A DNA stretch of 64,000 bases from Desulfobacterales bacterium (GTDB taxonomy: Bacteria > Desulfobacterota > Desulfobacteria > Desulfobacterales > UBA2174). The stretch's first letter is position 1; each line of letters begins with the position of its first letter. The translations under genes and the position numbers were made by a program. Below the pieces are notes generated by a model. It was given only the letters and a program-made list of their open reading frames with translations. It was not told the DNA's origin and did no database searches. Shown piece after piece: positions 61,784-64,000 of the stretch. Location: positions 32,001 through 96,000 of the forward strand of contig CAXXWC010000013.1 of NCBI GenBank assembly GCA_963668645.2. The letters are read 5' to 3'.

Positions 61784-62590
61784 TCAATTGATCATGCTTT
61801 TTAAGCCTGCACACAATCCTGCATGGATGGCAATATTGCGCACTGCGCGCAGGGCACGGTCATCGGCGGGCAGCCCGTTCAACGGTCTGCCCTCCATATC
61901 GAATTTTTCCAGCATCGGATCCATGGGAACGATGCCGAAAACCTCCAGTCCCAGGTTTTCGATATATTTTGTGATGGCACCGATCTGAGTGCTGTCCGAG
62001 ACGCGGTTGATGACAACGCCGATCTGTCTGCAATTTATCGCTTTATCATCTTTGACCAGCTTGGCTATATGCGAAATCGTTTCGCGTCCTCTTGTCGATA
62101 CATCCGTCAGGGCGATGAGGAAATCAAGCTCGCTGGTAACCTGCCTGTTGATCTGCTCCAGGCCGGCTTCGCCATCAATCAAAATCGTGTCAAAATTTTC
62201 TGACAAGATACCAAGGGCCATGCGCAGGAATACATTTACGGAACAATAGCACCCTCTGCTTTCGGTACGCCCCATTGCAAGAAAGGTGTAATCCGGCGTT
62301 TCGACCATGGCCTCCGTAAGCATATAATCGATATTGCCCGCCAGCTCGGTTTCCTCGGCCAAATCGCCGTTTCGTGCCGCTTCGATAACCGATTCGCGAA
62401 TCTGCGCCATCGACTTGTCCGCGTGTATGCCAAGGGTGGTGGGCAGGCCGACGGCCGGGTCTGCGTCGATGATGAGCAGGCGGCCGCTCTGCGGGCAAGA
62501 TGACAGCAGATTTGCCAACATTGCGATGAAGACCGTTTTTCCCGTACCGCCCTTGCCACAGACAGCTATCCTTGTTGCATTGTGCGTCAT
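61784..62590 (-). CDS. cooC: CooC/AcsF-family nickel-insertion ATPase
   Basis: GKGGTGKT, DADP, GCYC and DGEAGLEQ. Confidence 0.88.
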   Translation of the reverse strand: MTHNATRIAVCGKGGTGKTVFIAMLANLLSSCPQSGRLLIIDADPAVGLPTTLGIHADKSMAQIRESVIEAARNGDLAEETELAGNIDYMLTEAMVETPDYTFLAMGRTESRGCYCSVNVFLRMALGILSENFDTILIDGEAGLEQINRQVTSELDFLIALTDVSTRGRETISHIAKLVKDDKAINCRQIGVVINRVSDSTQIGAITKYIENLGLEVFGIVPMDPMLEKFDMEGRPLNGLPADDRALRAVRNIAIHAGLCAGLKSMIN

Positions 62591-62599
62591 CTGGTGCTC

Positions 62600-63355
62600 C
62601 TATGCTGAACGATACGCCGAATGGATGCGTCTGACCTCATCGCATATCGTTTTATTCTTGCATTTGCCGCAATGCCCCCACTGCGTGCACGCCTGCAAAT
62701 CCACGCCGCGTTGATCCCAGATTTTCGTTCTGACCTGCTTGCGCACCGTTTTTGCGGCAGCCTCGATGGGTTTGAGACGGCCTATGTGCCGGGTGGTCGA
62801 AACCACGTATAAGAGGCTCGCTTTTTTCACATAAGGACAGTCGGCTTTCAGCATTTCGAGCAGGCGTTTGCCGAGCGTTTCAAAGCGAAGGCCGCCGTCT
62901 GCCGCCTTTTTGCTGACGCGGCACCAGATATTTTCCTGGGTGCTTTTTGTCATGAAGCCTTCAGCCAGCCCGGGCGGAGCGCAATACTTGGTGACCTCGT
63001 AATACTCGCTGTCGTCCAGAGCGTTGCCGGCGACGATGATTACCTGCGCAAAGGCGCGTGCGCCCTGGGTCATTTCCGGTATATCGTCACCGACCAGAAC
63101 GATTTCATTGTCGCAAACCGCATCATTATCCTCGGTGCAGAGCACAAAGGCACTTGACCCCTGGGTCGGTCCGCCCAGTTCCGTTAGCATATCGGTACGA
63201 AAGACGATGAGGGACCGCTTGGCGGAGGCGATCGCCTCCGCCGACGGTTTTTCAGGTTTCACATGGTATCTTCGGACCCGCTCGCCCAACTGCGCCCACC
63301 GGGACACCAGGGTGCCAAGTTCGCAGATGCCGTCTTTGCTGTCGAAGGCGTTCAT
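62600..63355 (-). CDS. Acetyl-CoA synthase (CdhC/AcsB) middle-domain-like protein with a C-terminal four-Cys motif
   Basis: DMLTELGGP...IVLVGDDI...VAG...GFM...IWCRVSKKA..GLRFETLG; C-terminal C-x5-C-x2-C-x5-C. Confidence 0.65.
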   Translation of the reverse strand: MNAFDSKDGICELGTLVSRWAQLGERVRRYHVKPEKPSAEAIASAKRSLIVFRTDMLTELGGPTQGSSAFVLCTEDNDAVCDNEIVLVGDDIPEMTQGARAFAQVIIVAGNALDDSEYYEVTKYCAPPGLAEGFMTKSTQENIWCRVSKKAADGGLRFETLGKRLLEMLKADCPYVKKASLLYVVSTTRHIGRLKPIEAAAKTVRKQVRTKIWDQRGVDLQACTQWGHCGKCKNKTICDEVRRIHSAYRSA

Positions 63356-64000
63356 GCCGAGGCCTTTTCCCTCGCGTACAAGGCGGCCCCCAGCGCTCCT
63401 ATGATTTGCGGGTTTTCGCGAAGGCGGGTCACTTTCATCCCCAGTACATCTTCCAGGCTGAGGATCAGCGCTTCGTTTTTGGCACAGCCGCCGGTCACGG
63501 TGACGGCGGGCTCGATACCGACACGGTTCGCAAGCGACAACACGCGGCGTGTCACGGAGTTGTGCAGGCCGGCGGATATGTTTGAGATATCCTGCCCGGC
63601 GTTGAGCAGCGATATTACTTCCGATTCGGCAAATATCCCGCATTGCTTGGAAATGGTGCAGGGCTTGTCCGCCTTGGTGGCGAAGTCGGCAAGTTCGTCC
63701 AGCGAGCAGTTCAGGACGCGGCACATGTTTTCAAAGAAACGTCCGGTGCCCGCCGCACATTTGTCATTCATCTGAAAATCCACCACCTTGCCCTCGGTGT
63801 TCAGGGAGATGGCCTTGCTGTCCTGCCCGCCGATGTCGATTACGGTACGGATAGCCGGGTCAAGGAAAAAGGCGCCTTTGGCATGGCAGCTTATCTCTGA
63901 CATGTTTTTTTCAATGAACGAAACCCCCTCGCGGCCGTATCCGGTCCCGATAATCAGGCGGATATCCTCTTTTTTCAGACCGGCCTTTTTCAGCACCTCG
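63352..64000 (-). CDS. Acyl-CoA dehydratase activase (HgdC/BcrA-type ASKHA ATPase), 5' end outside the window
   Basis: TGYGR, EISCHA, DIGGQDSK, MNDKCAAGTGRF, CGIFAESE, GG and GALGAA. Confidence 0.93.
   Translation of the reverse strand, partial: EVLKKAGLKKEDIRLIIGTGYGREGVSFIEKNMSEISCHAKGAFFLDPAIRTVIDIGGQDSKAISLNTEGKVVDFQMNDKCAAGTGRFFENMCRVLNCSLDELADFATKADKPCTISKQCGIFAESEVISLLNAGQDISNISAGLHNSVTRRVLSLANRVGIEPAVTVTGGCAKNEALILSLEDVLGMKVTRLRENPQIIGALGAALYAREKASA

Overview
GC-rich bacterial chromosomal segment whose gene content (sigma54 regulator, CooC, FixABCX, IS types) suggests an anaerobic deltaproteobacterium/Desulfobacterota; this is inference. I found no rRNA, tRNA or CRISPR array. Left to right: the left end of an IS66; a stand-alone YcaO; a polyamine-type ABC importer; a ~7.7-24 kb plasticity region with MazEF and RelE/Phd toxin-antitoxin pairs, several IS and VapC scars, and an AT-rich GDPD-oxidoreductase-Vat/CatB operon broken by two intact-ended IS elements; an Sfp PPTase; a double-SWIM SNF2 helicase; a vWA-PspA operon with a divergent two-component system; a deletion scar; mtgA, cls and a TetR/YbhGFSR-like efflux operon; an integrase-less ~11 kb island carrying a VapBC pair and a complete four-gene Wadjet (type III-like jetABCD) system with an atypical Walker A; and a lower-GC anaerobic cluster (dehydratase activase, mini acetyl-CoA-synthase-like protein, CooC, fixA-fixB-flavoreductase-fixC-fixX, SphA-type outer-membrane channel) whose flavoenzyme resembles the Tdr/Ber polyphenol reductases of gut Coriobacteriia. 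All family calls come from motif recognition, not database searches.
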